A DNA stretch of 63,285 nucleotides, filler included, from Aduncisulcus paluster (lineage: Eukaryota): the NCBI GenBank assembly GCA_024181965.1. It is 13 parts of 13 records of this genome, joined end to end, with 100 filler letters (N's around TTAATTAATTAA, not from the genome) between each part and the next. Parts side by side here need not be neighbours in the genome. Positions count along the whole stretch, not along the records: positions 6,473 to 16,242 come from BQXS01011622.1; positions 16,343 to 20,272 come from BQXS01011623.1; positions 20,373 to 22,815 come from BQXS01011624.1; positions 22,916 to 25,447 come from BQXS01011625.1; 9 more parts are not named here. One strand, written 5' to 3'. The stretch's first letter is position 1. Each line of letters opens with the position of its first letter. A model generated the notes under the pieces. That model was not told the DNA's origin and did no database searches. It saw only the letters and a program-made list of their open reading frames with translations. Both the position numbers and the translations under genes were made by a program. Below, in pieces: positions 11,919-25,547 of the stretch.

Positions 11919-14900
11919 ATGCAACAGATCAAACAACATAATTATGTGTTCTATAATCCCCTTAAAAAGAGGAATGTGGCATTATATATTCGTTTTTTGT
12001 TGCAAAGGGCTGCAAATAGAGGAGATACACAGTCAATCATCAAATTAATCCATATTGCGAGGATGCAGAACAATAGTTATTTGGCTCATGAGGCTTATAT
12101 GTATTATCCTGTGGCTATAGCATCATCATTCTTCTCTAAACCTCTTTTTTCTCGATCTAAATTATTATATACTTTACAAATCCTATTACGCCTCCCTGAA
12201 TGGAATGGAAGCTTTCCCATTCATTCATTCTCACCATATTTATTTCTATCATCGCTCTCTATGGCGATTCAAGGGTTAGATTCACATGCCAGTATTTCTC
12301 TAATTTCCCACATACTTTCTCAAACAATTTCTGAATATCCGGCAACAAAAACTCCTACAACGAGCAAATATGTGTGGAGAAACCATCCATATCTAATTTT
12401 AATGCATATTAATGCGGAATTGGCCAAAGGAGCTGATTCTTCAATTCTCAAACGTAATTCTCACAAATCACAGTCAAAAATATTCACCTCAAAATTAAAT
12501 AATATATTAAATAGAATTATTAAACGAAAAATTATCCATGAGAGTCGTTTTCACTCAACTTCCCATGAAGACAAAAGGCAGCTTCCTCCAATATCATCTC
12601 CATCCTTTTCTCATTCTCCTAGGTCTCACCAATCATTATTATCTCCAACACACAATGTCCATGAATCCGCCTCTTCTTTCTTCCCTTCCTACGGCCAATA
12701 TTGCCAAAGTCTGTCTCCAGATCCTCAACAGATGGTCTACGGATACTCTTCCGCACCAAAAAGTCCCAAATCCACTTCCTCTCCTTCCGCTTATTCCTCA
12801 TTTGATTCTGATGATGATTCCATTGAAATTCCTTCCCACAAATGGCGACCNNNNNNNNNNNNNNNNNNNNTAGGTCTCACCAATCATTATTATCTCCAAC
12901 ACACAATGTCCATGAATCCGCCTCTTCTTTCTTCCCTTCCTACGGCCAATATTGCCAAAGTCTGTCTCCAGATCCTCAACAGATGGTCTACGGATACTCT
13001 TCCGCACCAAAAAGTCCCAAATCCACTTCCTCTCCTTCCGCTTATTCCTCATTTGATTCTGATGATGATTCCATTGAAATTCCTTCCCACAAATGGCGAC
13101 CAATTGACAACGATTACTGGCATCATCAAACAATCAACAAGAATACGAATACAGATTCTAGCTCTGATAACTTATTAAAACCATACAATTCTTTCTTCTC
13201 ACCATTTCTAATTATAGAATGCAGACGTTCCATTATCCATCACCATTTTACCCGTTTATCTTCGCTCTTATCCTCTGCTTCATCCCCTTATTCGTCTGCC
13301 ATGGACATATATCAACGTATTTCCAATCCTTTTCGAGCCTTCCTTGAGAAACGAGGCCTCCATGCCTTCCTGAAAGATCTTGATTCGTCACTTACATCTA
13401 TCTTGAAAGTCAAGACAACTCAGCACCTTGAGAGAGAGACCAAGACAAAAGCAAGGGATATGTGGATGCGGGAGCGGGAAAAGAGAAGGGCAGAACGCCG
13501 GAAGAGAAGGTTCGATACCAGATCGAGAAGCGATGGAAGAAGAAGCAGAAGAGATTCTTTGGCATCCATTTCAGCAGCTAGAGCTTCTTCTATGGTCTCA
13601 TCTGAGAGCGAAAGTAGTGCTTTTTCCAATATTTATGATGAGGCCCGAATGGTAACTTTCGACGGAACAGATATAAGTATGCTAAGTGATGAAAATAGGA
13701 TAAAGACTGTTGTTCACAGATACATTGAAGAATTTAAGAAAGCATCATCAAAAATACATATCACGAGTAATCATATCGTAGAAAAAGAAACAAAAGAAAA
13801 GGAAAAAGAAAAAGAAGAAGAGGAGGAAGAAATATCATCTCACTGTCCAACTGAAATAACATCTGCAATTTTTGTATTTTCACTTTTCTCGCCTTCTTCT
13901 TCCCCCTTTCAGCATGTTATCAACCTTCCAACAGAGTTATTCTTTAATGTTACAAGACACATAGACTCCAAAATAAGGAAAGAAAGAGAAAAAGAGCAGA
14001 GGGAAAGAGAGAAGAGAAGGCAAGATAGAGAGAGAGAAAAAGCACAAGAACAGGAAGAAAGAATATTGCAATCCGTCCACACTCATAATCCCTTATTAGT
14101 GCCAGCTTCAAGCAAACATAATATTTCAGTTTTATCCAATCATTGTGCTGAAGGATTGGAAGATAAGAAAGAGCTTGCAAGTGTCACGCCAGTGTCGGGT
14201 AGTTCAGTAAGTAAGCTCACACAAGACATTGCAAAAACAAGACCTTCCGTACAGTTCACCTCCTCTTCTTCAACTTTATTGAGCAATTCTTCAAGTTCTG
14301 TAGCCTCGAGATCTGGTTCAGCATCTTCATCCACGTCTCTCCTCTCAGGCTCCTCAATCAATAACGATCACAACAATAATACCTTACAAGTTCTTCCAAC
14401 ACTTCCATTCATCTCCTCTTCAGCTGTTTTAGATGGGAAAGGAAGAATAATATCACATCTAAATCAGAGTCCCAATGCTTTATCTCGACCATCGGCACAG
14501 AAGATGATGAGAATGAAGGCTCATCAATCTCTCTCCACCTCAAGCTTTCTTCCTGGATCGATCAAACACACTCCAACAGCGTCTCATTCAGATCAGGCAG
14601 CTACCAACAGTAATCTTGTATTCCCATCTGATATCATTACCCCTTTAAACCCTTTAAAAAGTTCCATTCTCTCCTCTTCTTCTTCGGCTCGGTCCCTTTC
14701 AATCCTTCCTTATTCGCCCACAATTCCATCCTGTCCATCGGTGGCATTTAGTCCTAAAAATAGCCACATCAGTGTGAAAAATCCTGAAATTATGACAATC
14801 GATATTAATGATGAAAAGAAAAATCAAGCTGAACGGGGCTTAATTCAACTGTTTGGAGCCGAAAAGGAGAAAGAAGAGGAAGAAGATAGAAAAGAAGGGA

Positions 14901-16242
14901 AGAAGAAGAAGAAGGATAAATCTAAGAAAAGACGAAAGAAACCCCCCAATCTTCCCATTTATTCCTCTTCCAAGAAAAATCTAGTTGATATCTTTGCTCC
15001 ACCGCTTATGCCTCCATCACACACCTCTGAAGGATCCACAGATGCCGAGAGAGAGAAAGAAGGGGAAGGAGAGATGATCGTGACTTACGATCGAGGTGTC
15101 TGGAGACAACAAGAAGTGAGTGAAGTCAAGAAGAAACACAAGAAGAGCAGGGCAGCCAGAATAGAAGCTATGGATGAGGACGAAAGAGCTCAGAAGTGTG
15201 TCAGATTCAGACGAATCAAGACTGAACTACAGGGTGGGAAGAGATCCATCGGTGGACATGGTGTTGGAATATCTCTAGGTAAATCAGGAGGAGGGATGCT
15301 TGGAATTAACACTAGAATCCATAGAGAAATCGAAAAGAATCATGCTTTACGAATGGAAAAAGAGATGTGGATGAAACATCAGGAATATGGTACTCGAAAG
15401 GAAGATGAACTGGTCACCATCGTGAACAATAACAATACTGCAAATGATAATGCGTTGTACAATCCTGATGCACAGAAAATTCTTCTTAGTTCTCCAATGA
15501 AAGGCCTCACGAAGAGACCAAGTTCATTCAATCACCACCAAGCTCCTTCAACGTTGACTATAATTCCTCCTGCAAGAAGAGAAGGAATCGATGATGACGT
15601 GTTCTCTCGTAATATGTCAATTGCTGATGGCACAGCTCTCACTATTCGTCATTCAGCCATTCTTCTCAACCATTATGAGAAGCTATATCAAGAAAGACAT
15701 AAAGAAGTCTTCTATCCACGTATACAAAACGGTGAGAGTGGTTTAATTCCCACGAACGATGAAGATAACGTTATTTTTGATCAGGATATGGATTCAATAA
15801 TAACAGATGATCATAAAACTCTCTTATCTGGAAGAAATACAACTTCTTTGGGTATGTCTCAAGGCATTGGTACCGCATCATCTGTTCCCTCCTCCTCTTC
15901 TTCTTCTCCCTATTCGTCTCCTTCTGGGACTCCCATTATTCTCGATGGTGAGGAAGAAAGTCTTATTTCAACCTCTGAGGACAATAATCATGTGACGTCA
16001 TCACTATCTATTCTCGATAAAAGGATGATTGAAGGAAGATCGAATCCTCTGAAACGTCGTTATTCCAGTATTACACTGAATAGACAGCCTATTCCAATGT
16101 CACCGTATGCTGCAAGTTCTTCCTCTTCCTCCTCGGTTTCTTCCTCTTCTTCCTCTTCAATGTCCTCCTCTTCCTCCTCCTCCTCCTCCTCCTCTTCTTC
16201 TTCTTCCTCTTCCTCCTCCTCTTCTTCTTCTTCCTTTTCAAA
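11919..16242 (+). CDS. Large low-complexity Ser/Glu/Lys-rich hypothetical protein (3' partial)
   Basis: ORFs 11877-13178 and 12842-16294 join into one frame once the duplication around gap 12851-12870 is collapsed. Ends in poly-Ser at the scaffold edge. Confidence 0.75.
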
Positions 16243-16344
16243 NNNNNNNNNNNNNNNNNNNNNNNNNNNNNNNNNNNNNNNNNNNNTTAATTAATTAANN
16301 NNNNNNNNNNNNNNNNNNNNNNNNNNNNNNNNNNNNNNNNNNCA

Positions 16345-19300
16345 ATAAGGGAAGATGATAGGTCAAAACATGTTGTCGAAGAACCTAAATGCGATGAACA
16401 CGATGGCAAATGCACACAAGCAACAGCTAAAACTCTTGGAAGCCACTCAATCGAATCCATTTGCATCCCTCCCATTTGTGAATCATTGGATATACCTGAA
16501 GGTGGAAGTATTTGTCCTGTGAACAAGCTATGGGTCCCTATCGAGGAATCTATGGTCAAGAAGATCATAGAACGTCATTATTCAATCCTAACGGCAACTT
16601 TTAGCGGGATTTCTTCTCTTGCTCCTTCTTCACATGCTCCTTCTTCACTTGCTCCTTCTTCTCCTCGAAGTCTAGGAGAAGAAAGTATCCAAAAGGTGGA
16701 AGAGACGGAGAAAAAAACGAAGAAGGAGGGGAAGAGGATACGAGAGAAGGGAGAAGAAGGAGAAAAGGGAGAAGAGGAAGAAGGAAGGAAGGGAAAGGAA
16801 GGGAAAGAAGAAGATAAACCTTGTGAGAGTGTTATTGTTAAGAAAGAACAATGTCCTTCCACACCCAAGAGAAAACATTCTCATTCTTCTAAAAATAGTG
16901 ACCCTCCATCGATCTATCCTGCCTTTTTCAAAGCAAAGCTTAGGAAGGCTGAATCCTTGTTATCGGGTACAACTCACCTTAAGTTCTCATCATCGCTGCC
17001 AGCTTCCTCAAAATCCTCTCTTGTTCATGGTATTCTCTCATCAGTCGCACCCGTGCATTTCTTGTCTTCTTCCTTATGCTTCAAGTTTAATGCCATGCCT
17101 CCTGAGTTGCTGGATAGCTCCATAAGTACCCAGTCAACTTCATTCACAAAGTTTCTCACTCCTTGCTCACACAGACCTTGTTTATCTCAGCTATGTTGTT
17201 CACATACTGTTACTCTGACCTTGTCAGTGGCAGTATCCAAGCGCATCCGGATCTTGGAGGGGTCCTTTGTCGCAATTTCATGTGAAAACCTCACTACTCA
17301 GGTTGTTCATAATGCTCTGTTTGTGTCTTCCAAGCCTTGGAATATGAAACGAAGCAAACACTCGAGCAGCAGACCTCGACCACACCCTGTTGCATCGAGA
17401 TTAAGTGTTGAGGACACTGCCGCTGGTGTGTATGTGCTTATTATGAGACATTTGCTTGAGTTAACCCATCTGAATGGCTCCAACGGGTGTCAAACTTATC
17501 TCGGTGCACGTCTTGTTATCATCATCCCTCATTTCATGTACGAAGTCCTCTCTCCTCTCTTTTTGAAGACCTTGAGTGTTTTCACTTCCATTGGCTTTGT
17601 ATATGATGTTGTCTGTCTTTGTGCCGATGATCCTCTTGCCCAAAAGAAGTGGGATATTATCCCTCCATCAAGGGAAGCATCAAGGGAAGCATCAAGGGAA
17701 GCATCAAGGGAAGCATCAAGGAAAGATACAACTGTTGCTGCAAATGGCACTGCTCGTGATCGTGACTATAATTTTGACAGAGAAGCAGTTTCCCCTTCTA
17801 TCCATAAGACAGTATCCCCTTCTATCCATAAGACAGTATCCCCTTCTATCCAGTGTAGTACAGTAGTACAGTATAGAGATATGATAGATAGAGATATGAT
17901 AGATAGAGATATGATAGATAGAGATGAGATAGATAGAGATTCCACTCTCCTGGAGCATAAAGAAGCAGAGACCGTAAAGGCTTTGACAACACTTGCTCTT
18001 ATGAAAAGTGTTGACGATCATCAAGACCATGGGCAGAGTGGACAGAGAAGCAAAGAAAAGGAAGGAAAGAAAGAAGAAGAGGAAGAGGAAGAGGAAAAGG
18101 AAGAACAAAGAAAGTGTGTTGAAAAAGAAAAGGAGGAAATCCCAGCATCTCCTCATGGGTATTCTTCCTCTTCCTCTCCTTCTTGTGCAAGCCAATTCGT
18201 TGGTAGTGCTCCAGGACATCCAAGAAGTGAATTTGTACATAAATTTAGAAAGATTCCGTTTTTCAAAGATCTTTCTTCCCCTTGCTTCCATTCTTCCTCC
18301 TCTTCCTCTTCTCCTTATTTAAAACGTCCATCTCTTCCTCGCCTTTCATTTTATGTTGATAAAAGTCTTGAAAACGATGAGAAAATCATTATTATGCCCC
18401 CTTCTCTTTCTCGAATGTTGGCACGAATGATTGCTCTATCTATTAATGTTGAATGCGGGAATATCAGTGAGATGGTGAGTGATGTTTATTCAAAACCACA
18501 ACAAGTGCATAAAAAACACGGTAGAAACGAGGAGAAAAGGGAAATGGAAAGAAGAATGAGAAAAATGTCTCATATTGTTAGTACCAAAAAGAAGGATATG
18601 GCGGATGGAGATAAGAAAAAGGTTGAATGTGTTTCTTCCAGAGTTGATTCATGTGCAATTACAAAAGCCTCTTCTTCTTCCTCTTCTTCTTCCTCTTCTC
18701 CTTCTTCCTCTTCTTCTTCTTCCTCTTCTTCCTATTCCAGAGTTGGTTATCAAGATGTCTCGACATTCCCATTACTTTCCCCCACGAAGAAAAAGAAGCA
18801 AAAGCAGAAGAAAGGGAGAGGAGATTATAGGACTCGACCAGATACTTCACCACGACTCATCTTGAAACCGTCACATTTATCTATTCGTTGTTCTCTCAAT
18901 GGAAAAGTTTCTCTCAGTGACGATTCTCATAAGTCAGTTCAAGGTAGGTTAGATGAAAGATATGGAAATGCCATCATCGAAGAGCCAAAGATTCCTTCTC
19001 TTCGATCTTCTGTTCTCTCTGAGGATAAAACAAGCAAGTATGTGTCTTTCTTTTCCTGTCTCTCCTCCAAGCCTGGATCCATGACTTTTAACGACTATCA
19101 CAAGCATTCCTCATCAGCTTTAGACAAGCATTCTGTAGATGTCGTGGGAAAATGGAAGTTTAACAGACATTTCTTCTCACGGCCTTCTTGTTATCCTCCT
19201 CCAATATTTTCACCTTCTGATAACCATCCAAGTCCTTTCTTCTCTTTATCAAAGGCTAACCATCCAAGAATAGCCAAATCTATGACTTTCAACTTCTATT

Positions 19301-20272
19301 CATGTTTTGATCCTATTCTGGAACATTCTGGACTTTCTCATTCTGGACTTTCTCATTCTGGACTTTCTCAATCTGATAAAACAAGGAAGGACGTCGGAAG
19401 TGAAGAACAAAGTGTTGAGTATTCTGTGAGTATTGTTGAGGGAAGAAGAAGAAAAAGAAGTAGAAGTAGAAGAAGAAGAAGAAGAACAGGAAACTGAAGA
19501 GAAGAGGAAGAAAGAGGAATACTTGTCTGAGTCTCTCGATACAAGCTCCACCGATGGAGATTCTCAGCCGACTCCATCTCTGATGTCTTCTACCTCTTCT
19601 TCCCCTCCTGTTGCTGATAGTTGTCCTCCTCGAAGAAGTCGTCAAGTCTCTGAAAAGAAACGAAAGGATAAAGAAGAATCTGAAGATGATTCTCATCTTC
19701 TAATATTCCCTGATAAATTCAACGGAGTGCACTTAAGAAGGTTTCTATCTACTTCAAAGAGCTATCGAACGCATGGTGAGGTGCCTCTCAGGTGTTTTCA
19801 TATAAGGAGAGACGAGAAATTCCGTGAAAGGCGTTGGAAAAATCGTGTTGGTAAAATATTCCACACAAACAACAAAGATATGATCACAAATAAGTTGATT
19901 AAAGGATTATCAAACAATATGCAAGTTTTTGATCCCGTTCATCGTCCTTTTTCGCTGACCTGTATGAGTCAACGGCTCGAAATGGAACTTTGTCGGGTAT
20001 CAGAATCCAATATTTTCAACACCAGTGATCCGATCATTAGTTCATCCAAGATATTTCCTTCCTCCACATCCTCTTCTTGTTCCGTTAATGGTAACAAAAC
20101 AGGAATCGTTCTCCCCATAGATTCGGCTCCTTTGTGCCCTTATAATGGATCTCCAGTCCTCATTACTGGGTCTAATGCTGGCATCCTACCTATTTTTAGA
20201 TCAGTTAGTTCAATAATCCGGAATAATCCGCGCATTGATCCCAAATATAGGTGTTTACTTTCTCATGAACTT
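16345..20272 (+). CDS. Large hypothetical protein, possibly Iml1/DEPDC5-like (partial; frameshift near 19440)
   Basis: Open frame from the scaffold start. Segment GARLVIIIPHFMYEV...T...GFVYDVVCL...PL resembles, from memory, the Iml1/DEPDC5 pattern GxxxVVITPxxxxFEV...T...GIGVDLVC...PL. Continues in ORF 19433-20320 after a 1-nt shift. Coding status is likely; the family call is tentative. Confidence 0.55.
17668..17940 (+). repeat. Cluster of in-frame coding minisatellites (12, 24 and 15 bp units)
   Basis: Encode (SREA)x4, (VSPSIHKT)x2.6 and (DMIDR)x4. A further 15-bp (HSGLS)x3 lies at ~19324-19368. Confidence 0.85.
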
Positions 20273-20372
20273 NNNNNNNNNNNNNNNNNNNNNNNNNNNN
20301 NNNNNNNNNNNNNNNNTTAATTAATTAANNNNNNNNNNNNNNNNNNNNNNNNNNNNNNNNNNNNNNNNNNNN

Positions 20373-22815
20373 GCAGAAAAAGAGGGAAGAAAAGGAAAGG
20401 GAAAAGGCTGAGAAGGAGCGCTTGAAGAAAGAAGAGAAAGAAAGGAAAGAAAGGGAAGCTAAGGAAAAGGCTGAAGCGAGCTCTTCTGGAAAACCAACTG
20501 ATGGAGCACAGAAACCCAATGGTGGGCGTTCTACTACTAGAAAGCCTCCCCCAAAACCAGCATCCACTCCCAAAAATGGAAATGACAAGAAGAAAGAAGA
20601 AGGGAAAGAAGGAGAAAAGAAGAAAGAAGAGCCTGTGGCCCCTCCTCTTCCTCCAGCTTTTATTAACCCTGCCCTCCAAGATGTGCTATATCGAGAAGAG
20701 CAACGCCAGAGATTGCTTGCTGATTGGCAGTCAAAACACCAGTACAGCTCTGGTGGAGGTGAAGAGGGCGAGGGTGCCGAGTCTGGAGCTTCATATGGCC
20801 CCCAACCACCTGAAGAGCTAAAGAACAAGATTACATTCGAACCTATGGAACTCTCCAAGGAAGAAACAGCTGTGTTCAAGTCTATGGTGAAAAAAGCTTC
20901 TGCTTTCCTGAAAACTCAGCTTAAGCAAGCAGAAAAGGAGATGAAAGAGGCTAAGAAGGCCGCTGCACAAAGCAATTGGCCATATCTGCCTTTCCTTCGA
21001 ACTCTTGATCTTGAAGAGCTTGAAATTATCCTGTCCAAGAGGAAATGTGCCGGTTTACGTGGATATGTCCATGAATTCCTGCGCCTCCATCCCGAATTTG
21101 AGGAGAGAAAGAGGAAAGAGGAGGAAGAGAAGAAGAAGAAGAAGAAGAAGTCTAGACCTAAGAAGAAGGGGAAAATTGATCTTTCCGAAGTGTTCCAAAA
21201 GCGTGATGAGGAATGGAAGCTTATTCATGATCAATCTTCTCATTTATCACGTGGTTTTCCTTACGTTTCCCTTGAGTTTGGTCCCTTCAAGCTTCCACGT
21301 ACTTTGTCTGCTCAGATTGAGCTTGAGAAACGTATTAATCAACCCATATATGCCCATAGCATGCTTGTACAGTACTGTATCTCTCAAGGAGTCATGTTTG
21401 ATGACGGCAGTGGATTGACAAAGGTTCCTGGTCTTTATGATGGCACTCAAGTCGAGCAATCACTGAGTCTTCCTTTAGATTCATGTGTCCCATCTCGCAA
21501 GAATGCTGTTCCACCTGGTGTCTGTGTGAATCCCATTGTCTCTGTATCGTCTTCTGCTCTCAGCCACCATCCAGCTGTCCTTTCTCTCTCATACACCCCT
21601 ATTAACACACAACCACCTGCTGCCTATCCATCCACTCTGTTGACTTATCTTGACTGTTTTTATAAGTGTGAATATGTATTCAATGAGACGCATAATGAAA
21701 TGAAGGGGATCATCTTTGACAAGGGATCTGTCATCAAGGAGATTGAACAAGAATTGAAGAAGCGTGTCAAGGCTATGAAGAAGGCTGATGGTGACGATGA
21801 AAAGAAGAAACCCAAAGGGGGGAGCAGCGGTTCAAGAGACAAAGCGAAGGGGCCGACAAAACACCAGATTGGAACCTTACTTGATGCAGCTATCGATGAG
21901 TTCACATATAAGTGGTTTAATGCGGAAGAAACTGTCAATTCAATTGAACTACCATTGATTTGTGATCGTTCTGAGATTCAAGAACAAATCTTACCCGACT
22001 TGATCAAGATTAGAGAGGAAATCCTGGTAAAGATGGAAGCAGCCCTTGATGTCGTTAAGAAGGCTCCCATTCTTGGGTATGGAATGTTTGATCCGTCGTC
22101 TTGTGTTGCGGTGAAAGCTAAATTTACTCACCCTCTTCTCAAGGTTGAGAAAGTTCCCCAGCAACGTGTATTTTGTTGTATTGCTCCCGTGGACCCCAAT
22201 GAAGAAGAGAAGAAGAACGAAGGAAATCCGAGAGGAGGACAACGTAGTGGTGGGAGCGGAGGAAGTAGTGGAAAGCCCAAGAAGGGAGAAGAGGAAGAGG
22301 AGAAGAAACTCCCTGGTCCCTTGTACACTGAGGCCCACGAGTTCCTTGCATACCCTCCCTCGAGTATTTCTCCATCTTCCGCTGATCTTTTGAACCGTGG
22401 GGATTCTATTCTATGTTGTATGAGCAGTGAGGTCATCAAGAAGAAAGAGGAAGATAGAAAGAAGAGGGAATATGAAGAGAAAATGCTCGAAGAAGAGAAA
22501 AAATTCAGACAGAAGAGAGAAGAGGAGGAAAGAAGGCAACGACAGGAAGAAGAAGGAGGTGAAGAAGAACGAAGGAAATCCGAGAGGAGGACAACGTAGT
22601 GGTGGGAGCGGAGGAAGTAGTGGAAAGCCCAAGAAGGGAGAAGAGGAAGAGGAGAAGAAACTCCCTGGTCCCTTGTACACTGAGGCCCACGAGTTCCTTG
22701 CATACCCTCCCTCGAGTATTTCTCCATCTTCCGCTGATCTTTTGAACCGTGGGGATTCTATTCTATGTTGTATGAGCAGTGAGGTCATCAAGGGAGAGGA
22801 TATTAATATGGATGA
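20373..22815 (+). CDS. Lys/Glu-rich hypothetical protein (partial at both ends)
   Basis: 725-aa ORF with coding-like codon use. The apparent stop at 22599 follows an out-of-frame ~230-bp duplication (22209-22440 vs 22561-22792). Confidence 0.75.
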
Positions 22816-22972
22816 NNNNNNNNNNNNNNNNNNNNNNNNNNNNNNNNNNNNNNNNNNNNTTAATTAATTAANNNNNNNNNNNNNNNNNNNNNNNNNNNNN
22901 NNNNNNNNNNNNNNNTTTTTCTTTCTGTTTGTTGACTATTCTTCTCATATAACTCCGAATACATCTCTTAAT

Positions 22973-25447
22973 ATGGTATATAACATCAATAAGGATAAAT
23001 TCCCTGCATGGTCATCCAAACATTTTGTCCTTCGTACAATTCGTCAGGCTGGGACCATATTATCATCTCATTCTCTTCAAAATTCCTCTTGTTCTCACTA
23101 TATGACTATTCTATTCTCTTTTTTTAATGCATTGATGCCCTTCTTGAGTCCTGATTCTGTCAGATACTTGGAAAGAATTCCATTATGTATATCTTTTCCA
23201 TCCTTGTTGTGCTCTAAACTCTTTTCCATACAAATTGAACCTTCGGTTGAGATTGAGGAGAACACAAAATTGCACCAAATCATTAATAATTCAATTGGAA
23301 ATATATTGCCAATCACTGTTCTCAAACAACAAAATAATACTTGGGATGATTTTTTGAGAGATTATTGGCTAAGTAGTCGGTTATTTATTCATTTTCGACA
23401 AGATATTAAGTTCATGCTCGGATTTGTGCGAGAGTTTTTTTTCCAACTTATCTTTCAATCTTCCAAAACATTTTTGACTGATCATCAGTATTTTTCAAGG
23501 TTAAAAGCTTGTTCTTTTCTTATGAATTCATTGATTTTTCATAACAATATGTCCAAATTGTATGCTGAAAAAGATTCGTTATCGACTCGATATTTTATGT
23601 ATTTTATCCACTCTTCAATTTGTTTGTTTGAACAAGAAGCTGTGTTATTCGAGTTTTGTGACCTCCAAACATCACTTACATTTTGTGATGTCGTTTTTGG
23701 AATGATTGAAGAATTGTTCAAGCGGTTTTCTCCCATTCCACGATGTGTTAAAACTTTGATTAAATGTTTCATTTCCCTCATTTTCGCGCTAAAATCTTTC
23801 AATTGGAAGAAAAAATTTTTGGGCTGCATTCAATTTTCGAAAAGACAACTCATTGGATTCTATTTTTGTAATCGCCTACTTCCAATAATTATTGATCCAT
23901 GTAAATTTGATAACCACTGCACTCCATATCTCAGCTTATCCTCAAAAATTGGAGCAGAACTATCAAGTCTATTTTTGGAAGCCTTATTTTTTCTCAGCTC
24001 TTCAAAAATTGGAATGGTTTCTGCTGTTTTTGCCAAATGGTGGGTGTTTTTGAATTCCTTTCGACAATATTGTCCATCTTCTGATTTCATTGACAATCTA
24101 TGTCAAGTTCTCAGAGGGGATGTTTTTCATGTAAAGTGTGGGTTTCTTGAATATCCTTATTACAATTCTCATCGTTACTCACCATCAACCAAAATATTTG
24201 TCCAGAGCCTTGAAAATTTATCATTATATAAGAATTACCTCGACACTTATAACATTCCGTATCATTTCACTGCTCACACATCGCTTCATCAACTCGGATT
24301 TGAGCATTTGTCGGTATTGAGATGGATATTGGCAAAAATTAGACATAATTGGTCCCGAGAATTAGTATATTTAGTATCAATAGCTTCTAAATTGTCAATT
24401 TTTCGCGAGGAACTCATTTATATTTATGATAATCGACTTGGGATTCTTCGTTACATTATTCTTGAAGATGATGATATTGAAATCGCAGAAGCTATTTCTT
24501 GCATTGCAAAGGTATTTTATAAACAGTTTGGCATTAGATTTTCATTGATTTTTTTAAGTAATTATCTAAAAAAGTTCATTGCTTGTGCTGCTGTCAATTC
24601 TCCTCCTCAAAACCCAGACTCTCCTTCAATTCGGAATGAAACAGGAATTTCTTCAACTTTATTCAAACATTTACTGAAGAAAAAAGAAAATATTATTGTA
24701 ATTCTCATATATTTGTTCTCTTCGAACTGTTTTTGTAATGGATCTATCCATATATTCAGATCTCTCTTGAAAATTAGGAGAAATTGGGGTCGTTTACTGA
24801 AAACAGGTGGTTGGCGTACCTTGATTGGTGAAGTTGTGAAGGAATATAAGAAGAAAGTGATTAATCAAAGAATGCATAGCGAATTATCTCTTTCAATGAC
24901 TCCTGGATGTGATTTTGCTGATTCTCCTAAGCAATCCCTACGTGTTATCCTTGCCAAACGATCTTTAACCCCGCAATATATGGGTAAATTCCACTCTGTT
25001 GATCCATCAATATTTCATTCAAAGCTTTGGAATATCCATTCTTTCTCCTTTCTCCGTTTGTGCATATCTCATGTGTCAATCAATTGCTTACCATGGCTTC
25101 AAGATATCCTCTGCAATTCTATTTCAGTTGTTTTGAAATCTGTGAAACAGAAAATAATTAATGGATGCATGTTTTATGAGGAATCTTCTGAAGATATTAT
25201 TTCTGAACCTTCCCAATGCCTCGATTACTCTCAATTAATTCAAACTTCTTTCTCTTCTGCTGATATATCTGAGATGAGTTCCACAGCATCTGATGGGTAT
25301 GATCAATCGTCGGCTACTACGCTTCTTGATTTTCCACTCGAATCAATGAATGTATTCCTTATGTTTATTTTTGAACTCGCTAAACGCACAGTAATGCTCA
25401 AAAAGAAACTATTTTGTGGATTTTTCGAGACCCTTTTGTTTGGCAAG
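22973..25447 (+). CDS. Hypothetical protein, Leu/Phe/Ile-rich, possibly an alpha-solenoid (partial)
   Basis: More than 820 open codons in very AT-rich DNA. No motif recognised. Confidence 0.75.
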
Positions 25448-25547
25448 NNNNNNNNNNNNNNNNNNNNNNNNNNNNNNNNNNNNNNNNNNNNTTAATTAAT
25501 TAANNNNNNNNNNNNNNNNNNNNNNNNNNNNNNNNNNNNNNNNNNNN

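Noticed and set aside
19433..19497. Apparent frameshifts at ~19440 and ~28170 as programmed frameshifting
   Set aside because: Both lie in purine-rich low-complexity runs without a slippery heptamer plus structure. Small indel errors are more likely.
22209..22792. Gap-less ~230-bp out-of-frame duplication; similar 303-bp duplication at ~28346-28950
   Set aside because: Identical copies bounded by GAA-rich low complexity, similar in size to the gap artefacts. Probably mis-joins; reads are needed to confirm.
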